DNA of 64,000 nucleotides from a plasmid: sequence record NZ_CP037472.2; one strand, 5' to 3'. Shown piece by piece: positions 63,873 to 64,000 of this stretch (position 1 is its first letter; each line of letters starts with the position of its first letter). The notes under the pieces were generated by a model. It saw only the letters and a program-made list of their open reading frames with translations, ran no database searches and was not told where the DNA came from. The position numbers and the translations under genes were made by a program.

Positions 63873-64000
63873 GTCTTTATATCTCCTTTAAATGTGTTAA
63901 TATAATTATATATCAATATATGCGAAAAAGAGATGGCATAAATAAAAACTATATAATATATTAATTATATAGTTTTTATTTATTATAGACATTTTATACT

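Noticed and set aside
1-64000. Telomere hairpin, rRNA, tRNA or transposase genes
   Set aside because: None recognised: no terminal hairpin-like inverted repeat at either window end, no rRNA-like GC-rich conserved blocks, and no DDE transposase-like ORF.

Overview
This AT-rich (~28% GC) window looks like a Borrelia plasmid segment. The thyX-nrdI-nrdE-nrdF cluster and a cellobiose/chitobiose PTS locus (chbC, chbA, chbB, DUF871) suggest a relapsing-fever-group linear megaplasmid. It is a mosaic of five parts. (1) 1-25.4 kb is a cp32/phiBB-1-like prophage-plasmid backbone. It has a partition/replication cassette (PF57/62 tail, PF50-like, PF32 ParA, PF49), terminase small and large subunits, and a 16-gene tightly overlapping late operon. 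An 8.5 kb lipoprotein cargo block sits between the terminase and the late operon. (2) 25.5-30.6 kb carries lipoprotein genes and a frameshifted pseudogene. (3) 30.9-35.1 kb is the thyX-nrdIEF operon. (4) 36-49.4 kb is a plus-strand tandem array of about 10 paralogous (lipo)protein genes sharing a Y-x-x-L-G-Y-D-x-x-x-I-x-x-L-x-x-I-L-x-x-L-[ND]-L core, two of them pseudogenes. It runs into a minus-strand array of four related lipoprotein genes (49.5-55.9 kb) with the same core motif. (5) 56.4-59.8 kb is the chb PTS locus, followed by decayed DNA and a BBK32-like lipoprotein gene. Three non-coding observations stand out. A promoter-hairpin-terminator unit beside the replication genes is a candidate sRNA. 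A duplicated ~100-bp promoter+terminator mini-gene lies in a 2.4 kb ORF-free island in the array. Unusual G7-G9 homopolymer tracts sit at ribosome-binding sites or inside paralog genes, suggesting phase variation. No rRNA, tRNA, CRISPR, transposase or telomere was recognised.
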